A stretch of 64,000 bases of DNA from Acidobacteriota bacterium (GTDB lineage Bacteria > Acidobacteriota > Vicinamibacteria > Vicinamibacterales > UBA2999): assembly GCA_009694735.1 (NCBI GenBank), contig SHUG01000002.1:6533-70532 (forward strand), written 5' to 3'. A program made the translations under genes and the position numbers. Positions 21,294 through 29,781 of this stretch are shown here, piece after piece. Under the pieces are notes generated by a model. It was not told the origin of the DNA. It worked only from the letters and a program-made list of their open reading frames with translations, and made no database searches. Each line of letters opens with the position of its first letter. Within the stretch, counting starts at the first letter, position 1.

Positions 21294-22366
21294 TGACCCG
21301 ACTGCGTGACTTGGCGCAGCTTCTCGGCGGTGTAAAACGTCGACAGGGCGTCGATCAGCTCGTCGAGGTTGCCGTCCATGACCCCGTGCAACTGGTGCGT
21401 CGTGAAGTTGATGCGGTGATCGGTGACCCGGCTCTGGGGGAAGTTATAGGTCCTGATCTTCTCGGATCGATCGCCCGTGCCGATCTGGCTCTTGCGGTCC
21501 TTGGCGATCGCGTCGTGCTGTTTCTGCATCTCCGCGTCGTAGAGGCGGCTGCGCAGCACCTTCATGGCCTTGGCGCGGTTCTTCACCTGCGATTTCTCAT
21601 CCTGCTGCGAGACAACCGTACCGGTCGGGATGTGGGTGATGCGCACGGCGGAGTAGGTGGTGTTCACGCTCTGGCCGCCGGGCCCACTCGAGCAGAAGGT
21701 ATCGATGCGGAGATCCTTCTCCTGGATCTGGATGTCGACTTCGTCGGCTTCCGGCAACACGGCGACGGTCGCGGCCGAGGTGTGGATGCGGCCGCTGGCT
21801 TCGGTGGCCGGCACGCGTTGCACGCGATGCACGCCGCTTTCGTACTTCAGCTTACTGAACGCGCCCTTGCCCTCGATGCTGACCACCACGTCCTTGACGC
21901 CGCCCTTGTCAGCCTCGCTGAGCGACATCAACTCGATCTTCCAGCGCTGGCGCTCGGCATAGCGGGTGTAGGCGCGGTAGAGCTCGCTGGCAAAGAGCGC
22001 CGCTTCCTCACCCCCGGTGCCGGCGCGGATTTCCACCATCACGTTGCGATCGTCGTTGGGGTCCTTGGGCACCAGCAGGATCTTGATCTGGTCCGACAGG
22101 CGTTCTTTCTGGACGTTGAGGTCGTTCAGCTCCTCGATCGCGAGGTCGCGCATCTCGGGGTCACCTCCCTTGATCAGCTCTTCGGCGTTGGCGATCTGCT
22201 GCGTCGCGGCCTTGAACTCGCGGTACTTCTGTACGAGCTCCTCGATCTCCGCCAGCGCTTTCGACTGCTTGCGGAACTCGTTGGCGTCACTCTGCACGGC
22301 GGTCGTGCCGAGGGATGCCATCAGTTCCTCATACTTCGCCTCAACGGTTTCGAGCTTGTCGAACAA
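21290..22366 (-). CDS. prfA: peptide chain release factor 1
   Basis: GGQ motif ([11 protein letters not shown]) and the RF1-specific PAT tripeptide (VPATEASGR). TTG start, with AGGAG 8 nt upstream. Confidence 0.96.
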   Translation of the reverse strand: MFDKLETVEAKYEELMASLGTTAVQSDANEFRKQSKALAEIEELVQKYREFKAATQQIANAEELIKGGDPEMRDLAIEELNDLNVQKERLSDQIKILLVPKDPNDDRNVMVEIRAGTGGEEAALFASELYRAYTRYAERQRWKIELMSLSEADKGGVKDVVVSIEGKGAFSKLKYESGVHRVQRVPATEASGRIHTSAATVAVLPEADEVDIQIQEKDLRIDTFCSSGPGGQSVNTTYSAVRITHIPTGTVVSQQDEKSQVKNRAKAMKVLRSRLYDAEMQKQHDAIAKDRKSQIGTGDRSEKIRTYNFPQSRVTDHRINFTTHQLHGVMDGNLDELIDALSTFYTAEKLRQVTQSGQ

Positions 22367-22383
22367 AACAGGTGCTCCTGAAA

Positions 22384-22428
22384 GTCCGGCTGAAGCCGGA
22401 CGCTACATCCGTCCGGACCGGGCCGGAC
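22384..22428. repeat. REP-like double hairpin (GTCCGGC-TGAA-GCCGGAC, then GTCCGG-ACCGGG-CCGGAC)
   Basis: Perfect 7-bp stem. The first 27 nt recur at 50833-50859 with 25/27 identity. It lies between the moaD stop and the prfA start. Confidence 0.8.
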
Positions 22429-22439
22429 TCCACAACTCT

Positions 22440-22685
22440 TCAGCCGCCGGAGACCGGCGGCAGGAATGCGACCTCGTCGCCATCGGCCACCGCCACCGTG
22501 AAGCGCGAGTAGTCGGCGTTGATCGCGCACGAAATCGACTTCTCGTAGGGCGACAGGTCCGGGTACTCGGCCACCAGTCCCGCCCACACGGCGCCGACGG
22601 TGGCGCCGCTTGGGGCTTCGCGCGTCAGCTCACCGGTGCCGGCGATGTCGCGCAACCGCGCAAACAGGCGGACGTTTACGCGCAT
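22440..22685 (-). CDS. moaD: molybdopterin synthase sulfur carrier subunit
   Basis: 81 aa with a ubiquitin-like profile and a C-terminal GG. It overlaps moaE. Confidence 0.85.
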   Translation of the reverse strand: MRVNVRLFARLRDIAGTGELTREAPSGATVGAVWAGLVAEYPDLSPYEKSISCAINADYSRFTVAVADGDEVAFLPPVSGG

Positions 22686-23149
22686 GCGATTCTCAGCGCC
22701 TGGTCGCGCGCCTCGGTGTTGTCGAGGTCGGCGGTGGCGCCCTCAATCCAGACGTCGCCGCCCTCGAAGTATTCGTGCTTCCAGATCGGCACGATCTGCT
22801 TGATCCGCTCGATCGCATACCGCGCGGCCGCAAACGCGTCGCCTCGGTGCGGCGCGGCGGCCGCAATCGCCACGCTGGCTTCACCGATCTCCATGCGCCC
22901 AATCCGGTGGTGAATCGCCAGCCGCACCGTCGGCCACTGCGCGGCGGCTTCCGTCACGATCACGTCCAGTCCTCGCACCGCCAGCGCTTCGTAGGCCTCG
23001 TACTCGAGGTGCAGCACGCGCCGGCCCAGGTTGTGGTCGCGCACCAATCCGATGAACGTCGTGACCGCACCGATGCCGGTGGTGTCGAGCGCGCGTACCA
23101 GGGCCTGCGGATCAAGCGGCGTCGGGGTGATCGCGGTCAGCGGAACCAT
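22676..23149 (-). CDS. moaE: molybdopterin synthase catalytic subunit
   Basis: MoaE-type blocks (FIGLVRD…LEYEAY…IVPIWKHEYF). Confidence 0.9.
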   Translation of the reverse strand: MVPLTAITPTPLDPQALVRALDTTGIGAVTTFIGLVRDHNLGRRVLHLEYEAYEALAVRGLDVIVTEAAAQWPTVRLAIHHRIGRMEIGEASVAIAAAAPHRGDAFAAARYAIERIKQIVPIWKHEYFEGGDVWIEGATADLDNTEARDQALRIACA

Positions 23150-23171
23150 GGCAGCTGATTAGTATACCGAG

Positions 23172-23227
23172 GGGATCAGGGATCGGGGATCAGGGATCCG
23201 GGACGGGAGATCGGGGACAGGGGATCT
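23172..23227. repeat. heptanucleotide array, 8 units (GGGATCA/GGGATCG/GGGATCC plus degenerate units)
   Basis: Read directly from the sequence. It fills most of the thiD-stop / moaE-start spacer. Confidence 0.9.
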
Positions 23228-23231
23228 CATG

Positions 23232-24020
23232 TCACGAAAAACCGCGCCAGAAGTGGTCGAGTGGCCGGTGTCCGCGGCCCAGGGGAATCCCGGGATGCAT
23301 GGCGCCGGCGACGTAGGCCTTCGCCTCGCGCACCGCGTCGATCAACGTCGCGCCTTTCGCCAGGTGCGCCGCAATGGCGGCCGCAAACGTGCAGCCGGTG
23401 CCGTGGGTGTTCGGGCCCTCGATCCGTGGCCCGACAAACTCGTGGAACTCACCCTGCTCGAGTAGCACGTCGACAATCTCCGGGCCGGCGAGATGTCCAC
23501 CCTTGACCACTACCGCGCCTGGCTTCAGCGTCGCAATCCGGCGCGCCGCCTCGCGCATGTCCGCGACCGAGCGAATCGACATTTTCGCCAGCACTTCGGC
23601 TTCGGGAATGTTGGGGGTGACCACCCGGGCGAGGCGCAGCAGCGTCCACCGCACGGCGTGAACGGCCTCCTCGTCCAGCAGGTGATCGCCGCTCTTGGCC
23701 ACCATCACCGGGTCGACCACCAGGTTCGGCAGGTCGAACGACTCGACCGCCGCGGCGACGGCTTCGACGATCTGCGAGGTGGCCAGCATGCCGGTCTTCA
23801 CGGCGTGGCAACCAATGTCGCCTGCCACGGCCTCGATCTGGGCGGTCACAAAATCATCCGGGACGACATGGATGCCGGTGACCCCGAGGGTGTTCTGGGC
23901 GGTCAGGGCGGTGATGGCGCAGGTGCCGTAGACACCGTGGGCCGCAAACGTCTTCAAGTCGGCCTGGATGCCGGCGCCACCGCCCGAATCCGACCCCGCG
24001 ATTGTCAGGGCGGTAGGCAT
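23232..24020 (-). CDS. thiD: hydroxymethylpyrimidine/phosphomethylpyrimidine kinase
   Basis: The ATG at 24020 gives [24 protein letters not shown], a ribokinase-like PfkB fold. The upstream part of the ORF is a shadow. Confidence 0.9.
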   Translation of the reverse strand: MPTALTIAGSDSGGGAGIQADLKTFAAHGVYGTCAITALTAQNTLGVTGIHVVPDDFVTAQIEAVAGDIGCHAVKTGMLATSQIVEAVAAAVESFDLPNLVVDPVMVAKSGDHLLDEEAVHAVRWTLLRLARVVTPNIPEAEVLAKMSIRSVADMREAARRIATLKPGAVVVKGGHLAGPEIVDVLLEQGEFHEFVGPRIEGPNTHGTGCTFAAAIAAHLAKGATLIDAVREAKAYVAGAMHPGIPLGRGHRPLDHFWRGFS

Positions 24021-24063
24021 ACCCCTCGACTCCGCTCGGGACAAGCCAGTAGAATTCCGTGTC

Positions 24064-24681
24064 ATGACATCACGCCCCATCGTCTCGCACGCATCCACGA
24101 TTCTCGACCAGGTCAGCATGCGCGCGGGCTCCGCCAACCTCTGGACCGGCGTGCAGGCGCTGTCGGTCGTGTTCGTCGCGGTGCTCACGGCGTCGGCGGC
24201 GCAGCTGAGCTTTCCGCTGCCGTTCACGCCCGTGCCGTTCACCATCCAGCCGATGATCGTGCTGATCGGCGCGGCGGCTCTCGGGTCCCGACTGGGCGCC
24301 CTCAGCCAGATCCTTTATCTCATGCTTGGCATCGCCGGCCTGCCGGTGTTTGCGTTCTCGCCGGAACTGCCTCAGGGCTTTGCCCGGCTGTTGGGACCGA
24401 CGGGCGGCTACCTGATGGCCTATCCGCTGGCAGCGTTCGTCACGGGGTTGCTCGCCGAACGCGGCCTCGATCGCCGCTACCTGTCATCGATTCTGGCGAT
24501 GGCGGTTGGCCTGTCGATCATCTTCGCGGGTGGCGTGCTGTGGTTGGCCAACGGCGTCGGCATGACCGCGGCGCTGTCCGTGGGCCTTTACCCGTTCCTG
24601 ATGGTTGATGTGATCAAGATCGTGGTTGCGGGCTTGGTGCTGCCGAGCGCCTGGAAGTTCCTCTCACTTCCCAAAGATTAG
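24064..24681 (+). CDS. bioY: biotin transporter BioY
   Basis: Contains the FTIQP…[12 protein letters not shown] block typical of BioY. The ATG at 24064 was chosen to avoid overlap with thiD. Confidence 0.85.
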   Translation: MTSRPIVSHASTILDQVSMRAGSANLWTGVQALSVVFVAVLTASAAQLSFPLPFTPVPFTIQPMIVLIGAAALGSRLGALSQILYLMLGIAGLPVFAFSPELPQGFARLLGPTGGYLMAYPLAAFVTGLLAERGLDRRYLSSILAMAVGLSIIFAGGVLWLANGVGMTAALSVGLYPFLMVDVIKIVVAGLVLPSAWKFLSLPKD

Positions 24682-25344
24682 GAAGTACTGATACGGCAGA
24701 AAGGGCTCCTGGCGCACCAGCCGGAGTCCTGCCTTCGCCGCGTCCTTCACCACGACGTCCGGGCTGACGCGCTCTTCCGGCGCGGGGCCCGGTCCCGTGC
24801 CATCCAGCTTGAAGTCCACCACGCCAATGCGCCCTTGCGGCCTCAACGCGCGCGCGAGGTTCGCGAGCATGGTGACGCGGTCTTCCACCTCGTGATACGC
24901 ATCCACCACCAGCACGGCATCGAGTGACCCGGCGGGCAGCTGCGGATCGCTGTTCTGCCCGCGCACCGCCCGCACATTGGTGAGGCCTTCTCGCTGCACG
25001 CGGCGCGTGATCGCATTGATCATCTCGGGCTGCACGTCTTCCGCGTAAACCAGGCCCTGCGGGCCGACGCGGCGAGCCAGGCGGATGGTGAACCAGCCGC
25101 TGCCGGCGCCGATGTCGGCCACCACGGAGGCGTCGGCAATCCCCATGGCATCCATGATCTGATCCGGCCGCTGCCAGAGATCGCGGTCAGGGGATTCGAG
25201 CAGGCCCAAATCGGATGGCGGGAACAGCCGGCCGTGGCTGGCGCGCTGCGACCACGCAGATGTTGACGCCAGCACGAGCGCCACAGAAAACACCGACCTC
25301 AGGACCAGGGCCACAGATGACACAAATAACACAGATCGAATCAC
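24664..25344 (-). CDS. class I SAM-dependent methyltransferase (secreted or anchored)
   Basis: SAM motif [12 protein letters not shown] and a hydrophobic N-terminus. Confidence 0.8.
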   Translation of the reverse strand: MIRSVLFVSSVALVLRSVFSVALVLASTSAWSQRASHGRLFPPSDLGLLESPDRDLWQRPDQIMDAMGIADASVVADIGAGSGWFTIRLARRVGPQGLVYAEDVQPEMINAITRRVQREGLTNVRAVRGQNSDPQLPAGSLDAVLVVDAYHEVEDRVTMLANLARALRPQGRIGVVDFKLDGTGPGPAPEERVSPDVVVKDAAKAGLRLVRQEPFLPYQYFLIFGK

Positions 25345-25386
25345 TGATTTCAGGATCTCGTGATTTGGTGACTTTGCGATTAGTCA

Positions 25387-25434
25387 GCGCGGACTGAGCG
25401 CGGACTGGGACTGGGGGACTGGGGTCAGGTCAAG
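25387..25434. repeat. short G-rich tandem repeats (GCGCGGACTGA/GCGCGGACTGG, GACTGGG, GGACTGG, GGTCAGG)
   Basis: Read directly from the sequence. It runs into the left arm of the inverted-repeat element. Confidence 0.7.
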
Positions 25435-25587
25435 AAAAACACAGTTTGGGATGAAAGGGGACAGGTCAAGCCCGTGCGCGCTTCACGGCGCCATGTTACT
25501 AAGAGGGCTTACGGTTAAGTCCAGAACGGAATCGTTTAATGCCCTGTCCCCGAATATCCCTAACTGTGATTTTCTTGACCTGACCCC
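25421..25587. repeat. MITE-like element bounded by 26-bp terminal inverted repeats (25/26 match)
   Basis: Left arm GGGGTCAGGTCAAGAAAAACACAGTT (25421-25446). The reverse complement of 25562-25587 is GGGGTCAGGTCAAGAAAATCACAGTT. The arms extend imperfectly inward (GGGAT…GGGGACAGG on both sides). Confidence 0.6.
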
Positions 25588-25619
25588 AAACCACACACGC
25601 CGTACGCCGTAGATGCCGA

Positions 25620-25845
25620 CTGCTGCAACGGGCCTGGCATCACCCCAGGCGCCACATGCCACACGCCGACCAGGGAGGCGGGCTGCGGATACGGCAGCGG
25701 CTTGAGGATGATGCCGTTCACCACGCTGAAGATCAGCGCGTTGGCGCCGATCGCGGCGCCCACCGTCACGATCGCGGTCAGGGCGAAGGCGGGGGCTCTT
25801 GAAGAGGCGGCGAAGGGAGTGTTTCACTCTTCGTGAGACGAGGGC
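25620..25845 (-). pseudogene. N-terminal fragment of an ADOP/MacB-type (FtsX-family) permease gene, frameshifted and truncated
   Basis: It translates to VKHSLRRLFKSP, then after a frame change FALTAIVTVGAAIGANALIFSVVNGIILKPLPYPQPASLVGVW. This matches the N-termini of the full-length permeases at 40239-45433. Nothing follows after about 75 codons. Confidence 0.6.
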
Positions 25846-25890
25846 GCCCCGGCGAAGGTTCGGAGGTGGTTTTATGGCTACACTAGTTGG

Positions 25891-27420
25891 ATGCTGCCGA
25901 GCTTTTTCGACTCTCTGGTCGCCCTGATCGTCAAGACCTCCACGGACCTGCCGCCCGACGTGCGGGCCGCCATGAAGCACGCCCTCCATAGCGAAGAGGA
26001 CGGCACGCTCGCCCGCCAGGCGCTGAACATCATCGGCCAGAACATCGATCAGGCGGCCGAGGTCGAAGGCGCCATTTGCCAGGACACCGGCATGCCGACG
26101 TTTGAGGTGAAGACCCCGGTCGGCGTGAATCAGATCGTGCTCAAGCAGCAGATCAAGGAGGCGATTGCCGAGGCGACCAGGCGCGGCAAGCTGCGCCCTA
26201 ACTCGGTGGATTCGCTGACCGGCGAGAACAGCGGCAACAATCTCGGCCCCGGCACACCGGTGATTCACTTCGAGCAGTGGGAGCGCGACGACCTCGAAGT
26301 GAAGCTGCTGCTGAAGGGCGGTGGCTGCGAGAACATGAACGCCCAGTACTCGTTGCCGGCCGAGTTGCCGCACCTCGGCCGCGCCGACCGCACCATGGAC
26401 GGTGTGCGCAAGTGCATCCTCCACGCCGTATGGAACGCGCAAGGCAAGGGCTGCGCGCCCGGCGCGATCGGGGTGTGCGTTGGCGGCGATCGCACGACCG
26501 GTTACGTCGAGGCCAAGCAGCAGCTGTTCCGCAGCCTGGATGATGTGAATCCCGACCAACGGCTGGCCGACCTCGAAGCCGAGATCATGCGCACGGTGAA
26601 CACGCTCGGCGTCGGCACCATGGGCTTCGGCGGCCGCATCTCGCTGATCGGCTGCAAGGTTGGCGCGCAAAACCGCCTGCCGGCCAGCTTCTTCGTGTCG
26701 GTGGCGTACGACTGCTGGGCCTATCGCCGGCTCGGTGTCACGCTCGACGGCACGACTGGCGCCATCAAGGAATGGATCTATCGCGACCCGTCGGTCGAGA
26801 CGATCCCGATGATGGACCAGGCCGGCTTCAGGCGCACCGGCCGCGAGGTCGTGCTGCGCGCGCCGATTGATGAAGCGACCATCCGTTCGCTCAAGGTCGG
26901 CGACGTCGTGCTGATCAGCGGTCCGGCCTACACGGGACGCGATGCCGTGCATCATCACCTCGCCAGCCACGCGCCACCGGTCGACTTGAATGGCGGCGTG
27001 ATCTATCACTGCGGCCCGGTGGTGGCCAAGCAGGCTGACGGATCGTGGAGAGTGACGGCCGCCGGGCCCACCACGAGCATCCGCGAAGAGCCCTACCAGG
27101 CCGACATCATCGGCAAGTACGGCATTCGCGTGGTGATGGGCAAGGGCGGCATGGGCGCCAAGACTCTGGCTGGCCTCCAGCAGCACGGGGCGGTCTACCT
27201 GAACGCGATTGGCGGCGCTGCGCAGTTCTACGCGCGCTGCATTGACCGGGTGGATGGGGTGTCGCTGCTCGAGTTTGGAACTCCTGAGGCGATGTGGCAT
27301 CTACAACTTAGGGAGTTCCCCGCCATCGTGACCATGGACGCCCACGGCAACAGCCTGCACAAGGATTTGGAGCAGGAGTCCGCGGGTCATTTGGCAGAGC
27401 TGGCAGAAACGCGGTGTTAG
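25891..27420 (+). CDS. class I (Fe-S) fumarate hydratase / hydro-lyase, fused alpha+beta domains
   Basis: The N-terminal block (ICQDTGMPTF) and C-terminal beta-domain block (GPTTSIREEPY…GKGGMG) are typical of Fe-S hydro-lyases. Confidence 0.88.
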   Translation: MLPSFFDSLVALIVKTSTDLPPDVRAAMKHALHSEEDGTLARQALNIIGQNIDQAAEVEGAICQDTGMPTFEVKTPVGVNQIVLKQQIKEAIAEATRRGKLRPNSVDSLTGENSGNNLGPGTPVIHFEQWERDDLEVKLLLKGGGCENMNAQYSLPAELPHLGRADRTMDGVRKCILHAVWNAQGKGCAPGAIGVCVGGDRTTGYVEAKQQLFRSLDDVNPDQRLADLEAEIMRTVNTLGVGTMGFGGRISLIGCKVGAQNRLPASFFVSVAYDCWAYRRLGVTLDGTTGAIKEWIYRDPSVETIPMMDQAGFRRTGREVVLRAPIDEATIRSLKVGDVVLISGPAYTGRDAVHHHLASHAPPVDLNGGVIYHCGPVVAKQADGSWRVTAAGPTTSIREEPYQADIIGKYGIRVVMGKGGMGAKTLAGLQQHGAVYLNAIGGAAQFYARCIDRVDGVSLLEFGTPEAMWHLQLREFPAIVTMDAHGNSLHKDLEQESAGHLAELAETRC

Positions 27421-27474
27421 GCCCAAAAACTCTGTTTTGAGGGGTCCGAGAACCTGTTAAACTAGGAGGCGATC

Positions 27475-27852
27475 ATGAACACAGAAACGCACACCATCAC
27501 CCCGGACATGCCCGCGATGATCGATCCGATGATTACGGTCACCGAATCGGCGGCCGGCAAGATTCGCGAACTGCTGTCTGAGGAAGGCAAGCTCGAGAGC
27601 GGCTTGCGTGTCTTCGTGCAGGGCGGTGGCTGCTCGGGCTTCCAGTACGGCCTGATGATCGAAGAGGGCGGCGGCGTCGGCGACCAGCTGTTTGAATCGA
27701 ACGGCGTGCGGCTGTTCGTCGATCCGGTGAGTGTCAGCTACCTGAAGGGCGCCGAAGTGGACTTCGTCGACACCATCACGGGCGGCGGCTTCACCATCAA
27801 GAACCCCAACGCCACGTCGACCTGCGGCTGCGGTTCATCCTTCACCGCCTAG
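27475..27852 (+). CDS. erpA: iron-sulfur cluster insertion protein (HesB/IscA/ErpA family)
   Basis: GGGCSGFQY and C-terminal CGCGSSF motifs. A strong AGGAGG ribosome-binding site lies upstream. Confidence 0.9.
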   Translation: MNTETHTITPDMPAMIDPMITVTESAAGKIRELLSEEGKLESGLRVFVQGGGCSGFQYGLMIEEGGGVGDQLFESNGVRLFVDPVSVSYLKGAEVDFVDTITGGGFTIKNPNATSTCGCGSSFTA

Positions 27853-27859
27853 AGGCGCC

Positions 27860-28879
27860 ATGGCCTCGACGGCTGCCATTCCGGACCTCGATCGGCTGCG
27901 GCCGGCCGGTACCAAGCGTTCGAGCAAGCGCGACCTGATCGTCAACGTGTTCCTCAAGCAAGAGGGGCACCTGAGCGCCGACGATCTGGTGGTGCTGATC
28001 AAGCGCGCGGACCAGCGCATCAGCCGCGCCACGGTCTATCGCACCCTGCAGTGGATGGAAGAGGCGGGCATTGCCCGCAAGGTGGACTTCGGCGAAGGCC
28101 GCTTCCGCTTCGAGCATTCGTACCGGCATCCGCGGCATTTCCATCTCATTTGCAAGACCTGCAACCGCTCGTACGAGTTCTTGAGCTCGGACATCGAGTC
28201 GCTGGTTGAGGAAGTGGCGGCGGCGCGCGCGTTCACGGCGCGCCAAAGCGTGGTGCAGATTTACGGCACCTGCGACGCGTGCAGCACCGGGCATGCGCCC
28301 GAAGAGTCCTCCAATTCCGAACTGCTGTTCGCACGCGATGCGCTGCGCATCGCCATTGCCACGGAGCGCAGCGGCATGGAGTTCTATGGGCGCGGTGTCA
28401 AGTTGGTCAAGGATCCGCGGGCGCGCGAGATTTTCCGCAAGCTGGCCACGGAAGAAGTGCACCACCTGACAACCCTCGAGGCTCGCTACGAGGAACTGCT
28501 GAGGCAAGACCCGCTGCTCGAGTCGCGGCCGACGTTCCTGTTCTTCAAGGGCGCGGCCAACGGACTGTTTGCCGCGGGCACCGATCAACTGCGCCGTGAC
28601 GGCGTCGACGATCTCGAGGCCTATCGAATCGGCATTCGCTGCGAGCGGGGTTCGCACCGATTCTTCAAACGCTACGGCGAACGCTTCGAGGACTCGGAAG
28701 GGAAGCAAGTCTTCCTGGAGTTCGCCGAAGAAGAGCGTGAGCACCTCGAGTTGCTGATCCGCGAGTATCGGGCTTTGGTCAAACGGCAGCGCGACACCGG
28801 CCACAAACCACTCGGCGCGCCGAAGCGTCAGGGCGCAGGCGGGCGGGCCAAAGCGCGTGCCCGCGCAGCCAGCCGTTGA
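27860..28879 (+). CDS. Fur-family DNA-binding domain fused to a rubrerythrin/ferritin-like diiron four-helix-bundle domain
   Basis: The N-terminal ~145 aa look like Fur (winged helix RATVYRTLQWMEEAG, CxxC…CxxC = CKTC…CDAC). The C-terminal ~190 aa carry E…EEVHH…E…EEREH, the E/ExxH x2 diiron ligand pattern. Confidence 0.8.
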   Translation: MASTAAIPDLDRLRPAGTKRSSKRDLIVNVFLKQEGHLSADDLVVLIKRADQRISRATVYRTLQWMEEAGIARKVDFGEGRFRFEHSYRHPRHFHLICKTCNRSYEFLSSDIESLVEEVAAARAFTARQSVVQIYGTCDACSTGHAPEESSNSELLFARDALRIAIATERSGMEFYGRGVKLVKDPRAREIFRKLATEEVHHLTTLEARYEELLRQDPLLESRPTFLFFKGAANGLFAAGTDQLRRDGVDDLEAYRIGIRCERGSHRFFKRYGERFEDSEGKQVFLEFAEEEREHLELLIREYRALVKRQRDTGHKPLGAPKRQGAGGRAKARARAASR

Positions 28880-29781
28880 TCGATCTTCACTTACACACGA
28901 CCGCGTCGGACGGCCACCTGTCGCCCGCGCAACTGGTCGACCGCGTGGCCGCGGCCGGCATCACCACCATGAGCGTGACCGATCACGACACGGTGGCCGG
29001 CCTCGCGGAAGTGGCGGTGGAGGCTGCGTCGCGCGGCATTCGCCTGGTGTCCGGCATCGAGATCACGGCAGTGGCCGAGGGTCGTGATGTCCACATGCTG
29101 GGGTATTTTTTCGATCCCGACAGCGCGGTGTTCCTGACGTTCCTGGAAGGGCAGCGCGCGCTACGCGTGGCGCGCGTCCGCGAGATTGGCGCGCGGCTCT
29201 TCTCGCTGGGCCTGCCTGTCGATGTCGAGGCCCTGGTCACTACCGCGGCGACGCGTCCCGGATCCTCGATCGGCCGTCCACAGCTCGCGCGTGCGCTCGT
29301 CCGCGCGGGACACGTGAGTTCGGTGCAGGAGGCGTTCGAGCGCTGGTTGGCGACGGGCCTGCCGGCCTTTGTGCCGCGCACCGGCCCCAGTCCGTCGACC
29401 GTGGTCGACGTGATTCACGCGGCCGGGGGCGTGGTGTCGTTCGCGCATCCAGCGGTGACCAGGCGCGACGACCTGATTGGGCCGCTGGCCGGCCACGGCC
29501 TGGACGCCATCGAGGTGTATCACTCGGATCACCGGCCGGAAGATGTGCAGCAGTATCGCGGCCTGGCGCAGAGGCTGGGCGTGCTCGTGACCGGCGGTTC
29601 CGACTTTCACGGCGACTCTTTGACTCAGCCGATGGCCGGTGCTTCGACCGGTCCCTCGGCTTCGCTCAGGGCGGGCCCTTCGTCGCGCACACGCCGCAAT
29701 TCGTTGGGTGTCGTGCTGTTGCCGCCGGATGACTTTGCCGCGCTCGAGAGCCGCGCTGCCGAGATCCGGCGCCCGTCGTGA
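28876..29781 (+). CDS. PHP-domain metal-dependent phosphoesterase (TrpH/YciV-like)
   Basis: N-terminal IDLHLHTTASDG and C-terminal GGSDFHG. The TTG start overlaps the upstream TGA. Confidence 0.85.
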   Translation: MIDLHLHTTASDGHLSPAQLVDRVAAAGITTMSVTDHDTVAGLAEVAVEAASRGIRLVSGIEITAVAEGRDVHMLGYFFDPDSAVFLTFLEGQRALRVARVREIGARLFSLGLPVDVEALVTTAATRPGSSIGRPQLARALVRAGHVSSVQEAFERWLATGLPAFVPRTGPSPSTVVDVIHAAGGVVSFAHPAVTRRDDLIGPLAGHGLDAIEVYHSDHRPEDVQQYRGLAQRLGVLVTGGSDFHGDSLTQPMAGASTGPSASLRAGPSSRTRRNSLGVVLLPPDDFAALESRAAEIRRPS

